This document shows positions 35,968-49,692 of a stretch of DNA of 64,000 nucleotides, piece after piece. The position numbers and the translations under genes are program-made. The notes under the pieces were generated by a model. The model saw only the letters and a list, made by a program, of their open reading frames with translations, made no database searches and was not told where the DNA came from. The stretch is from the human T2T-CHM13v2.0 reference genome, Homo sapiens: assembly GCF_009914755.1 (NCBI RefSeq), contig NC_060925.1, one strand, 5' to 3'. Within the stretch, counting starts at the first letter, position 1. Every line of letters begins with the position of its first letter.

Positions 35968-36140
35968 GTTGCAAATTGCTTTATAAACATGACTTGGCAA
36001 AACGCTGGGGAAATCACTGTAAAATGTGCAGTTATTGTTTACAGACATCTCCCAAATTGGTACAGAATAATTTAGGAGGGAAAGTGGAAGAGTTCTGTTG
36101 TGAAGAATGCATGTCCAAATATACAGTTTTGTTCTATCAG
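35968..36140 (+). CDS. ZMYM4: ZMYM4 exon 14 (173 nt)
   Basis: ttttag|GTTGC … TATCAG|gtaaat; CSYC…FCCEEC. Confidence 0.96.
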
Positions 36141-36530
36141 GTAAATAGAATTCACATTCCTGGGTTTTTCATTCTAGGGCATAAATTATTCCCTTTTAAA
36201 ATTTCATGTCACATAAAGGACAATTTAATTATTTAAAACTTTTAAGTATTAAATGTTTTATGCCTTCTAGCAATTAATATAAGATTTAGAAAGACTTTAA
36301 TGTTATTGAAGTTTTCTTTTGTTTTTAATTTCCTGTAGGAGACATATCAGTCTTAAGACATTAAAATATTTAAACTTATAATTTTATTCACTTATTATTT
36401 AAATAAAGTGAATTTGTCTTCTGAAGTCTGAGGAAGATAGACCTTATTTTTATTTCACTTTGTTTTTTAATTGCTATAGAGTGAAGTCTGTATGTTACAT
36501 GTGTTTTTTAAAAAAAATTAGTATAAAATC

Positions 36531-36907
<377 letters not shown>

Positions 36908-37005
36908 CTAAGTTAATTTCGTCACTTGTTATGTGTGTCTTATTTTTATTTTGTCAGACCACAGATAATTTGTTTCTTACTCCTTGACTACCTTCTTCTT
37001 TTTAG

Positions 37006-37156
37006 ATGGCCAAATGTGATGCTTGTAAGCGACAGGGTAAACTCAGTGAGTCCTTGAAATGGCGAGGGGAAATGAAACATTTCTGTAACCTGCTTTGTAT
37101 CTTGATGTTCTGTAATCAGCAAAGTGTATGTGACCCGCCTTCACAAAATAATGCAG
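37006..37156 (+). CDS. ZMYM4: ZMYM4 exon 15 (151 nt), last MYM finger
   Basis: ttttag|ATGGCC … GCAG|gtaaaa; CDAC…FCNLLC. Confidence 0.96.
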
Positions 37157-37320
37157 GTAAAATTAACCTTAGGTACTGAATGGAGTCTTTGGTCAATACT
37201 AGGAACTACTGTTCTTTTACAGATCAGGAACTGTGTAAACAGTTGTCATTAATTTCATGAAACCTCAGTTTCCTTGTATTCTGTATCAATAACATTTAGC
37301 TTTTTTTGTTGAACACCTTA

Positions 37321-37722
37321 TTTCACTGTCGTCCGTGTGAAGAGACCACCAAACAGGCTTTGTGTGAGCAACAAGGCTGTTTATTTCACCTGGGTGCAGG
37401 CGGTCTGAGTCTGAAAAGAGTCAGTGAAGGGAGATGGGGTGGGGCCGTTTTATAAGATTTGGGTAGGTAAAGGAAAAAGGGGGGTTGTTCTCTGGCGAGC
37501 AGGAGTGGGGGTCACAAAGTGCTCAGTGGGGGAGCTTTTTGAGCCAGGATGAGCCAGGAAAAGGAATTTCACAAGGTAATGTCATCAGTTAAGGCAGGAA
37601 CAGGCCATTTTCACTTCTTTTGTGTTGGAATGTCATCAGTTAAGGCAGGAACCGGCCATCTGGATGTGTACCTGCAGGTCAGAGGGGATATGATGGCTTA
37701 GCTTGGGCTCAGAGGCCTGACA
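37321..37722 (-). mobile_element. HERV-H solo LTR (LTR7, type I repeats)
   Basis: Reverse complement starts TGTCAGGCCTCTGAGCCCAAGCTAAGCC and ends …CACACGGACGACAGTGAAA; 5-bp TSD CCTTA (37316-20, 37723-27). Confidence 0.95.
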
Positions 37723-37941
37723 CCTTAGATTAAAGCTGAGTAAAAATGAGTTTTTGATTAAATAGATTTCTTTGAGAATATTGAATCAAATAAACTCTGT
37801 AAGAACTTAAATTTATGGGAAAGGATAACAGTTAATGGTTTGTAATTGAGTATAATTGGCTTCCTTAAAAAATCCTTTGAGACTACTTATAACAAAAGAC
37901 ATAAAGTCAAAATCACATGGCCTTTTAAATATACCATGTGC

Positions 37942-38113
37942 AGGCCAGATGTGATGGTTCATGCCTGTAATCCCACCGCCTTTGGAATGCTGAGGTGGGA
38001 GGACGGCTTGAGGCCAGGAGTTCAGGGGTGGAGTGAGCGGTGACCACAGCACAGCAATCCCAGCTGGATGATATAGTGAGACCCTGCCTCTAAAAAATTA
38101 AAATAAAATAAAA
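37942..38113 (+). mobile_element. Diverged Alu monomer
   Basis: Monomer + (AAAAT)n tail. Confidence 0.7.
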
Positions 38114-38118
38114 CTATA

Positions 38119-38465
38119 TGTCGTGGGCGTGACTAGTTGGGGCCAGTGTCACGGGCTGTAAAGGAATTTACCAAGACAGTCATAGGTAAAGGCAGATTTA
38201 TTGGAGAAAGTGTGAAAATATGTTGCAAGGTTGCAGTGAGCAGCACAGCAGAGAAGGGGAAGTCTGCAAAGACGCAGCGGCTTGAGGGACGTTTTACATG
38301 GTCCTGCTGGAGGGGACTGCTTGCAGAATGTAGCCGTGCTCCTGGGGCTACCTGTAGGAGGTCATCTCTCAGAGTAATTACTCATTGTTCTCCCCCACCT
38401 GGGCCCCTTCCTCTTTGTTGCTTACTTACCTTGTCAGGACTTACTTATCTTATCAGGACTACACA
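38119..38465 (-). mobile_element. ERVL-class solo LTR (LTR18-like, family tentative)
   Basis: TG…CA ends, 347 bp, TSD CTATA/CTATG, minus-strand AATAAA near 38197, internal 19-nt duplication cttacttaccttgtcagga/cttacttatcttatcagga. Confidence 0.7.
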
Positions 38466-38819
38466 CTATGTGCTAGGCCACTTTATCTCAGAAAATTTAT
38501 TATTTAAAAACAACACTAGTATCATCCTGAAAGCTAGAAGAATTTAAGTGTAGTCTCCTTACAAATAAAAGCAAAATCTACAAGAGCCTACTCCAAAACT
38601 TAAAAAAAAATTATTTCTATATAAAGGCAAGATTTAAGAAAAACATTAGGCTGAATTGTCCATTAAATCTAACCTGTGATCTTCATTGGTATTGTGTGTT
38701 TGAGGATTTGCATTGTTGGTTTTTAAGTTGGTTTTTAAGTTAGACTATTTGTTGCCTTTTTTATGTAAAGATAAAGTTAATAGAAAACTTTCAAGTTTTA
38801 CTAATTAAAAAGTAGAAAA

Positions 38820-39172
<353 letters not shown>

Positions 39173-39269
39173 TCAAACCTGAAAACATTGTTTAACTTCC
39201 TTGAAATGGTTTCTGTGTAAGTACATATAAATCACGTGAGGTTTCCTTATTTTTGTTTATTTTAATCAG

Positions 39270-39410
39270 CAAATATTTCCATGGTTCAAGCTGCTTCAGC
39301 AGGACCCCCATCTCTGAGAAAAGATTCGACTCCAGTTATAGCCAATGTAGTATCATTGGCAAGTGCCCCTGCTGCTCAGCCTACAGTGAATTCTAACAGT
39401 GTCTTACAAG
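39270..39410 (+). CDS. ZMYM4: ZMYM4 exon 16 (141 nt)
   Basis: aatcag|CAAATA … CAAG|gtatgg; TPVIANVVSLA. Confidence 0.95.
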
Positions 39411-39704
39411 GTATGGCTTGATTGGAAAGCATTTATCTAGCCTATTTAGGTTGAATGCAGTGGTCCCCTAACTTCCTTTCATCAGGGATTATTTTCATAC
39501 ATTTGACACATTCAATATTAGGAATAGTGGCTTGCTGCACAAGTTTCATATCTCATACTTTAGAATTGCTAGTTTCTTCCGTTGAATTAAAAAAACACAT
39601 GTTCTTAGTATGAGGGTTTGTGTTTATGTACTGATAATCAGCTTTTAATGCTAATGTTAAAATAATTGTAAAGATCCTAAATTTATGTTTTAATTTATAT
39701 CAAG

Positions 39705-39742
39705 GTGCAGTTCCAACAGTAACAGCGAAAATCATCGGTGAT
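39705..39742 (+). CDS. ZMYM4: ZMYM4 exon 17 (38-nt small exon)
   Basis: atcaag|GTGCAG … GGTGAT|gtaagt; GAVPTVTAKIIGD; needed to convert phase 1 to phase 0. Confidence 0.92.
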
Positions 39743-40652
39743 GTAAGTTTTATTACTTTTATTGGTATTGTCACTGTATTTATTTTTCATTTTCATACAG
39801 TATAAATATGTGTGAACTAATTTGCCCTCCTTCTTTATTATATGAAATAGATTTCATTAGCTCATTTAATCTTTGTTCAGGAATAGGATTTTCTGGCTAT
39901 TTAAATAGGTCTTTTATGTACTTTAATATCTTTGAATGCTGGCTATGTAGTTACTGAAAGTTTTTCTTTAATTACACAAAATTGAAGTAAATTGTACAGG
40001 ATTTAGGCCTGAAAGACTTTTGGATGTTTTGTGATGTACTCAGATTATAAATAAAATGTTTATACAATGTAGCTTATCCTCCCTCTGACCCATTACAGAT
40101 TATACTGTAAAAAAAAATTCTTTTTTTAACCCATTAATATTTTCTGCTTTGTCTCTTAAAAGAAGAAAATAAATAATGAGAAAAACTTCTGACTGGAACA
40201 GTGGCATTTCTAAGGTGTTTCTCCAGGTTTCTGGGATAACTTTCACGTTGTCTTTATTCAAGTTACTTAAATGATCATAAGTGATTCTGTTATTCCTAGT
40301 TATCTTGAATCTCTCAAGTCCTCTGTGTCTTAATCAGGAAGTAAGAATTCTCATTTTAAACTTAGCCAGCATTGTTATTGATCAGCAGTGTGTTACAATA
40401 GAAATAGCATTTTTCTTGGTAAATAGAAATTGTGATTAGAGACATGCAGAGTAATATATAGTTATTAAAACATTCCTTGATTACTATTAATATTTTAGGA
40501 GTATTGTATTTCTTATACATTTGGTTGAATATTTACTTGCTATGTCCTCCATGTAATTCCAATATGACATTTCCTTTAATATTATAATATTTCTTATAAT
40601 TACAATGAGATTTTTAAAAATGTTTTTGGTTTCTAATTTGTTTTTTTACTAG

Positions 40653-40797
40653 GCAAGTACTCAAACAGATGCCCTGAAACTGCCACCTTCCCAACCTCCA
40701 AGGCTTTTGAAGAACAAAGCTTTATTATGCAAACCCATCACACAGACTAAAGCCACCTCTTGCAAACCACATACCCAAAACAAAGAATGCCAGACAG
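40653..40797 (+). CDS. ZMYM4: ZMYM4 exon 18 (145 nt), TQT-like motifs
   Basis: tactag|GCAAGT … ACAG|gtatgt. Confidence 0.95.
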
Positions 40798-41218
40798 GTA
40801 TGTTCCTTGGTCTTTCTTTCTTTATTAATTTTTTAAGGGAAAGAAATGTAGGATCTACTTACATTGAGTACCTGCTATTTCCTAGGTGATGTGTTTGGTT
40901 GTTTGTATACATTGCCCAATTTAGTTCTCACAGCATCCCCGTGAGTTAGGTATTTTCCGCATCTGAGGCTTAACAAGTTGGGTCAAAGAGAAGGAAGTTA
41001 ATCAGTGATACCATACTGTGAGCAAGTCATTTAATTCTCTTATTAATGACAATGTAATATTATAGAATAAGCATAAGGTTTGGAATTACATGGACAGGCT
41101 TCTAAGGAGGTGCTATTGTTTTCCAGTGTGACCTTAGGTTTGAACTACTCCACAGTCTCTTGGCTACTCCACACTGTTTCAAATGAAGTCAGTTCCTTTG
41201 AGGAGAGCTTCAGAGCTT

Positions 41219-41253
<35 letters not shown>

Positions 41254-41882
41254 AACTGCCTCTCCCCCTAGGCAGAATCTCTGAGCCACCTCTATGGATG
41301 CTGGGCAGGGTAGTAGTCTCTGGCCTTCTTGGCTTGCCTCCCCTGGCATGGAACTTCTGCCCTACAAGTGAGCTGGGGTGAGGGTGATCAGGATCCCAGT
41401 GTTCTTGGCCTGCTTTTCCTAGGGTAGAGCCTCCATCCAGTGGATGGAAACTGGGTGAAGGGAAGCCCCTGACCTCTTGCCCGTACTCACCAGGAATTTA
41501 GCCTCTTCAGCTTTCAGTTGGAGCGGATGAGAAATGCTTGTGGCCTCCCTTTCTTGATGAGATACAGTAACACTTGATTGGGAGCTGAGTGGAGAGAAGC
41601 CCATTTTTATTGGCCACAGCTACCCATAGTGGAGTTTCTGTCAAGCTGAGCTGAATTGAGCTGGGGGGATAAAGCCTGTGATGGCTGAAATGTCACAGAC
41701 TTTCACTGTTCTTACCAAATTTGAACAGATTGTCTTGAATAAATGTTTCTTCATTTGGTATATGCCTTTAGGACAATTTCCCAAGAATTTAAATGGCTGT
41801 TTTTAAATAGTTTCACTTTCTTTGCTTGTTTCACTAAGGAATAGATCTTTGTAGCTCCTCATGCTGCCATCCAAAAGTCCTA

Positions 41883-42020
<138 letters not shown>

Positions 42021-42084
42021 AAGTCCCAGAATTTTTAAACTAGAAGGAAATTCTTGATTTCTAGAGCTGCAAGGCTATCCTGTC

Positions 42085-42240
42085 AGCCATTGCTTCTCAA
42101 AGATTAATATGCACATGAATTATCCAGGAATTTTACTAAGTAGATTCTTATTCAGTGAGGCCTGAGATTTTGCATTTCTTATAAGCTCCCAGGTAAAGTC
42201 AGTGCTTCTGGTTCATGGACCACACCAAAATAGCAAGGCT
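42085..42240. mobile_element. MER5A-like
   Basis: gcctgagattttgcatttcttataagctcccagg. Confidence 0.65.
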
Positions 42241-42358
42241 CTAAATGATTTAGTTCTTTTTTTTTTTTTTTAATCAATAGCAGTTTATTTAGTATTATGT
42301 AGTTTGGTTATCAGATGTTTCTAAATCAAGTAACAATTTTTTAATGTCCGCTGTATTA

Positions 42359-42502
<144 letters not shown>

Positions 42503-42639
42503 TTATGCCATATTATTTTCCCACTTCTAACTCTAGTCAAATTGTTAGCTCTTCTCTTTCTGTCCCTAGTATTACCTTTCTCCTAGATTAATGATTTTAC
42601 ACTTATCTAGCATATTCTCTGACACATAGAAAGGACTCT

Positions 42640-42949
42640 ATATGCTCCTTGACTTATAATGTTGTACCCATCATATGTTAAAAAAATCATGAGTCAGAAA
42701 TGCATTTAATATGCCCAACCTCCAGAACATCATCATAACTGGGCCTAGGCTATTTTAAACATGCCCAGAACATTTACATTAGCCTACAGTTGGGCAAAGT
42801 CATCTAACACAAAGTTTATTTTATAATAAAGTTTTGAATACCATGTAATTCATTCAGTGCTATACAGAAGTATGGTATATACTTGTTTTTGCACCATCAT
42901 AAAGTTGGAAAATCCTGTATTGAACCATCGTTAAGTTGGGGACCGTCTG
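42640..42949. mobile_element. MER47A-like Tigger MITE
   Basis: cctacagttgggcaaagtcatctaacacaaag…taagttggggaccgtctg. Confidence 0.7.
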
Positions 42950-43609
42950 GTTAAATAATGGAATAAATCATCCATCTTGCTACTTTCTCCAAGTTTTTTT
43001 CCAAGTTCTGTTTCATCCTTTTAATACTTAGAACATCTGCTATATATATTTATTCTTTTTTGTAGGTATCATAACCTAGAGTAGTCTCCCATCATCTTAG
43101 CTCTACATATTATAATTGCCTCCTATTTTAACAGTTGATATATTTTTTATTCAGTGCTGAAATTGTTGCCAAATTAATCTTTTTTGATGTCATTTTCATC
43201 ACTACTTTGTGTTAAAAAAATCTTCAGTAGCTACAAATGATTTTGAAATGTGCATTATAGCATGATGGAAATGGCCCCTCCCTATTCAGCCTCCTCTTTA
43301 GCAAGTGGTTTTCCATGCCTGTCTTCTAGGTTCCCTGTTTCAATCCTTTCAATTTATCCATCTAAATTATATCCTGCATTCATTTTCTCCTCACATCACT
43401 GATATTTGTTACCCACTTTTTGTCAGTGCTATACTCAAGATTTATTTTTTTGGCTACTTTAGTTATTTCTCCTTTGTAAGAAGTCCTGTAGTGTCATAGG
43501 TTACTCTTATTTTGAACTATAAACCTCCATAAGCTTTTTTATTTTGAAATCTTATGAAAGCATTTCTAACCCTCTTTGCTTTTTGTGATTTTGTTGTTGT
43601 TACTGTTAG

Positions 43610-43728
43610 AAGACACTCCAAGTCAGCCCCAGATTATTGTGGTGCCAGTTCCCGTACCAGTGTTTGTTCCCATACCTCTTCACCTTTATACTCAATATGC
43701 TCCAGTCCCATTTGGAATTCCAGTTCCA
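43610..43728 (+). CDS. ZMYM4: ZMYM4 exon 19 (119 nt), Pro/Val-rich segment
   Basis: gttag|AAGACA … GTTCCA|gtgagt; IIVVPVPVPVFVPIP. Confidence 0.95.
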
Positions 43729-44434
43729 GTGAGTAATCATTTAGAGATTAAAGCTAATATAGCATGCATTTTCCTCAATTAAAACTGTATAGTTCTGTGA
43801 AGAAAGTTTTCATTTGTTAGTAAAATATACCTGCTTCTGATTGGCTGTTATCATATTCCCATTATTACTTAACATGGATTATATAAATGACTGCTTTTAT
43901 TTGTACCCTTCCTTCTCAGAAAAGGTTATGATGTAGCTTTTTAAAAAACTTACATGCACAATAAGACCACTCAAATAGAAAAAGATCAGAAATGGTGTAT
44001 GTTGAAATCCTGGATTCTAGCAAGGGTGAAAAGAGTACTGTGATTTATATAATTCTCATTTTTGATTAAAGAAAAATGTATTTTTTAATTACAAATTTAT
44101 TTTTCCCAGGTACTGAGTCCTTAAAGGAAACAGTTATGAGAAAATTGTGAGAAATACAAGCAAAAACAACAAAAACAAAATGCAAGTGTATTATAGAATT
44201 ATTCTTTTAGAGGATTCAGAGACATAATTGGTTGAGTGTCCAAAGCACTTATTGAAATTTTATTTAAATGGCTCTAGTCTTATAAAAACAAACTAGCAAG
44301 ACTATTTTAATCATCAGCAATGAATATACCTTAAATTTGTTTACTATTTTAATACCTAAATCATCTCACAAATCATACTTTTGGCTACAAACCTGTTGCC
44401 AAAGAAAGCCTTCAGTCTATCCTTGGTCTTTCAG

Positions 44435-44603
44435 ATGCCTGTCCCTATGCTTATTCCATCTTCAATGGATAGTGAAGATAAAGTCACAGAGAGTATTGAA
44501 GACATTAAAGAAAAGCTTCCCACACATCCATTTGAAGCTGATCTCCTTGAGATGGCAGAAATGATTGCAGAAGATGAAGAGAAGAAGACTCTATCTCAGG
44601 GAG
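44435..44603 (+). CDS. ZMYM4: ZMYM4 exon 20 (169 nt)
   Basis: tttcag|ATGCCT … GGAG|gttggt; PFEADLLEMAEMIAE. Confidence 0.94.
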
Positions 44604-45470
44604 GTTGGTATACTCTTTAAAAGTAAAGAAAGAAAAAACACGTTTTACACATTTTCAGGTGACTCAAGTAATTTTAAGTATAAGACAGGGTGTTTCTAAA
44701 ACCTTTATTGTCTGTGAATACCAAGCCTGTGGGGTTGATTACACTTTTTAGTGCTTCTGAAAGCTCTTATTGTTTTTATGAAGGAAAACCAAGTATTGGT
44801 ATTCAATAGTTTTTAGTTATGATTCCAGAAAAATAACTTAGAAATCAAGATTTCATGATCATTTTCCAATTCCATCTCTGTAATCAAAGCCATGGTCCCC
44901 ACATAAGAATTCCTGTTATATAATAACCAGCATGCTGGTAGAGGGTAAATAGAACCTTAGGATGGAAAACCATTTGGCTCAAAATAACTGATAGATAGAT
45001 CTCATACTACTAGTGTGGAATCATGATAAAAACAATAGTTAACGTTTTGTGTGCTTGCCATACTCTAGGCATTGTGCTCAGTGCATTGTGTGCCTTGCCT
45101 GATTCAATCTTCATGACAGCCTTATGGGGTGGGGAGGGGGTACTATGTATCTCAAATTTCTGATCTGGAAAGTAGGATGTTAGACTTGCCTTGGTTATGC
45201 AGTCCAGAAGTGGCGGAACCAGAACTTGAATCCAGATACATCTGACTCCAAAGCACATGATACTAACCAGAATCCCCATTAACAGTGGTAATCTGTTTAA
45301 CTGCATTTATCCCTAATGTCTAATTTTGTTAATGAATTATTCTTTCTGCATATGAAATCTATTTACTTAGAACTTTGTAGTATGATTGATGTATATAGTG
45401 CAGTCATTTCATTTGAGATATAATTTGTTGTCTAAACATAAATTATTTATGTGCTTTTCTTTTTCTTTAG

Positions 45471-45524
45471 AGTCCCAAACTTCTGAACACGAACTCTTTC
45501 TAGACACCAAGATATTTGAAAAAG
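45471..45524 (+). CDS. ZMYM4: ZMYM4 exon 21 (54 nt, phase 1-1)
   Basis: ctttag|AGTCCC … AAAG|gtttgt. Confidence 0.92.
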
Positions 45525-45921
45525 GTTTGTAGTTGAAAATATGTTTTGATTTTTAGAAATACTACCCTCTGTTAGAAACCTATAAAATATTAGTACCCTT
45601 GGATTTCATATTTGTAATTTTAACTATTTGTAAGGGGTATCAGATGTATATGAAGTGTACTAATTTGTAGTGAGAATAATAAAAGCCACTCAAATGTTTG
45701 TTTTAAAAATTAATTGAGATAATGCTTTCAATTGCCTACCAAAAATATGAATCCAGTTCTTTGAGACTGATGAACAAGTTACCTCATTCTTGAGTGTACC
45801 TAGGTAATTGTCCATCAACCGTATCTCATTTTTTGGTATTTAGGGGTTCAGGAAGTTTTCCGAGCATGTCAAGATGAGGCTATTTTATTTTGAGGGCTTA
45901 ATTGTTATCTATATATTTCAG

Positions 45922-46101
45922 ACCAAGGAAGTACATACAGTGGTGATCTTGAATCAGAGGCAGTATCTACTCCACATAGCTGGGAGGAAGAGCTGAATCA
46001 CTATGCCTTAAAGTCAAATGCTGTGCAAGAGGCTGATTCAGAATTGAAGCAGTTCTCAAAAGGGGAAACTGAACAGGACCTGGAAGCAGATTTTCCATCA
46101 G
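45922..46101 (+). CDS. ZMYM4: ZMYM4 exon 22 (180 nt, phase 1-1)
   Basis: tttcag|ACCAAG … TCAG|gtttgt; QDLEADFP. Confidence 0.95.
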
Positions 46102-46539
46102 GTTTGTGTACAGTAACCTGTCCACTGAAAGCTTTTTATTTTAAAAGATCGGTACAACTCTGAATTGACACTATTAAGCAGTGCCAATTGTTATTGATAA
46201 TAACAGTGTAATGTGTTAGAGGTCATAATCTAGAGCACAAATAGACCCTGGCTTTGTAGGTGTTAATTCGTACCATATTGTTCTTATAAGTGGTTAATGT
46301 GGTTAAAATTTTTTTTAACCTTTCCCGTAGTAGCTATATAAGAGGTTTTCCTGATTGTTAATGAAGTTTTCATTTATGCACTATATCCTTGGTTTAAGTC
46401 TATAAGTGGAATCCTTATTTTATCACAAACAAACTAATGAATATAGTGATGATTACCTGATATTTCTTTACTAGTCTAAGTCTTTATTTAAATTTGTGAG
46501 TTATTTACCTCATGTTGTCCTTTCTGCTGATTATTATAG

Positions 46540-46634
46540 ACTCCTTTGACCCACTTAATAAAGGACAGGGAATCCAGGCACGTTCCCGAACAAGACGACG
46601 ACACAGAGATGGCTTCCCCCAACCCAGACGAAGA
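46540..46634 (+). CDS. ZMYM4: ZMYM4 exon 23 (95 nt), Arg-rich NLS-like
   Basis: ttatag|ACTCC … CGAAGA|gtaagc; RSRTRRRHRDGFPQPRRR. Confidence 0.95.
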
Positions 46635-46953
46635 GTAAGCTGCAGCTTAACTTTTCTAGACTTTTCTTTCCTTCATTCTACAAGCATTATTTAGTTCCTG
46701 CTGCTTTCAAAACTCTGTAACAGCCAGAGTCAGGTAGTTCCACATGTTGTTTTGCAACTTTTGTTTTTTGAATTCAAGAACCATATATTTTATTTACATT
46801 TCTTTCAGTAGGAACTTTTTTTGTTTCTATAGTTAAGGGTTTTCTTTTATATTGCTTTGTTTACTTTAAAAAACTTTTTATAGTTATTTTTTATGCTTTA
46901 TCTGTTTGAACAGCCTCTAAATTTAGCTCTTTTTACATGTTATAATACTGAGT

Positions 46954-47599
<646 letters not shown>

Positions 47600-49394
47600 T
47601 CACATGGCTGTTTTTCACATTGACAGGGCTTTCCTATACAAAGTTGAAAGAATAATAGCTTTATTTTTAAAATTAGCCCTATTGTATAATTATATTAAAA
47701 CATTTTTAAGTTCTGAGTGTACATTTTGATGGCCTTCAACTAATGTATATGTTATGTAATTCCCACCACAATCATGAACAATTCCACTTAGCAAGAAGTT
47801 CCACTATGACCTTTTGCAGTCAGCCCCTCTGGCTGCTGACAACCACTGATCTACTGTACCGATTGATGCAGAATGCCACTGCTTTGCCTTTTCTGAAATT
47901 TCACATGAATGGAATCCTATAATATGTAGTCTTCTGTGTTTAAGTTCTTTTACTTGGCATAATGTTTTTGAGATTCATCCATGTTATTTCATGTCCCAGT
48001 AGTTGATTCCTTTTTATTTCTGAGTAGTATTTCATTACATGGACAAACTACAATTTGTTCAGCTGTTTAACAGGTGATAAAAATTTGGGTTGTTTCCAGA
48101 TTGGGGCTATTTTGAATAAAACTTACTCAAAATGTTATGAACATCTTAGTATCAATCTTTGTGTGAACATATGTTTTCATTTCTCTTGAGGAAAAAGATC
48201 TAGGAATGAGATTGCTAGGTTTTATGCTTATGTGTATTTTTAACTTTGTAAGAAAGCTGCCAGACTGTTTTCCAAAGGAGATGTACCATTTTGCAGTCCC
48301 ACCAGCAATGTATGAGAGAGTTCCATCTGCTCCATGACTTTGCTAACACTTGGTATTGTTGATTTTTAATTTTAGCCATTCTAGTCAATGTATAGTGGTA
48401 CCTCATTATGGTTTTAATTTGTTTTTCCCTAATGATTAATGATGTTAAGCATCTTTTCATATATGTATTTGCCATTCATGTGTCTTCTTTGGTAAAGTGT
48501 TTATTCACAGTTTTCGCACATTTTTTTCATTTTTTTGTTGGGTTGGTTGTTATCTTGCTGAGTTGTAAGTATTCTTTACTGTGGACATAATTTCTTTATC
48601 AAATCAACGTTTGGTCCTATTTTGTTACTTCCTTTTTATTTTCTTAATGATGAGTAGCAGATTTTGATTTTGAGGAAGTCCCTTTTATCAATTTGTTATT
48701 TTATGGATTGTGCTTTTTAATACCTCATCTAAAAATTTTTGCCTAACTCATAGTAACTAAGACATTCTCTTACATTTTCTTCTAGAAGTTTTATAGTTTT
48801 AACTTTTATGTTTGTGATCTATTTTGAGGTAATTTTTATATATGAGTTGAGACAAGGGTCAAGGTTCATTTTTTGAATATGGACATCCAGTTGTTCCAGC
48901 ACTGCCCTTGAAAAAGACTATTCATTCCCCATTGAATTACATTGGCAACTCTGTTAAAAGTCAATCATATATGTATCTATCAGTCTGTTTCTGAAACTTT
49001 CTATTCTGTTCTATTGACTTATATGTCTATTTTTATACCAGTACCAACTGTCCTGATTACTGTGATTTTACAGTGAGCCTGGAAATTAAGAGTGTAAATC
49101 TTCCAGCTTTGTTCTTCTTAAACTTGTCATTTGCATGTCTATATACATTTTGGAATCAACTTGTCAATTTCTTTAAAAAAAAAAAAAAAAAAAAGGCTGC
49201 TAGAATTTCAGTTGGGGCTGTCCTGAATCCAGAGGGAGAGAATTGACATTTTAGGAATGTTGAGTCTTCTAATTTGGAAACATGGAATAGTCTGCATTAC
49301 AAGTCTCATTATATTCTGTTAAGTTTATTTCATAAGTATTTAAGATATTTTGATGCTGTTGTAAATTGTATTATTTTTAAATTTCATTTTTCAC

Positions 49395-49692
49395 TGAGCA
49401 CAATGACTCACACCTATAATCCTAGTACTTTGGGAGGCTAAGGCAGAAGGATTGTTTGAGCCCAGGAGTTTGAGACCAGCCTGGGCAATGTAGTGAGACC
49501 CCATCTCTACTAAAAATTTTAAAAATTAGCTGGGCATGGTGACGCATGCTGGTGGTCCCAGCTACTTGGAGGGCTGAGCTGGGAGAATTGCTTGAGCCTA
49601 GGGGGGGTCGAGGCTGCAGTAAGCCCTGATCATGCCACTGCACTCTAGTCTGGGCGACAGAGCGAGACCCTGTCTCAAAAAAAAAGAAAAAC
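49395..49692 (+). mobile_element. AluJ
   Basis: TSD aatttcattttt. Confidence 0.88.

Noticed and set aside
38137-38547. 136-aa ORF
   Set aside because: Starts at TTG and lies mostly on the antisense strand of a solo LTR; no recognisable domain.
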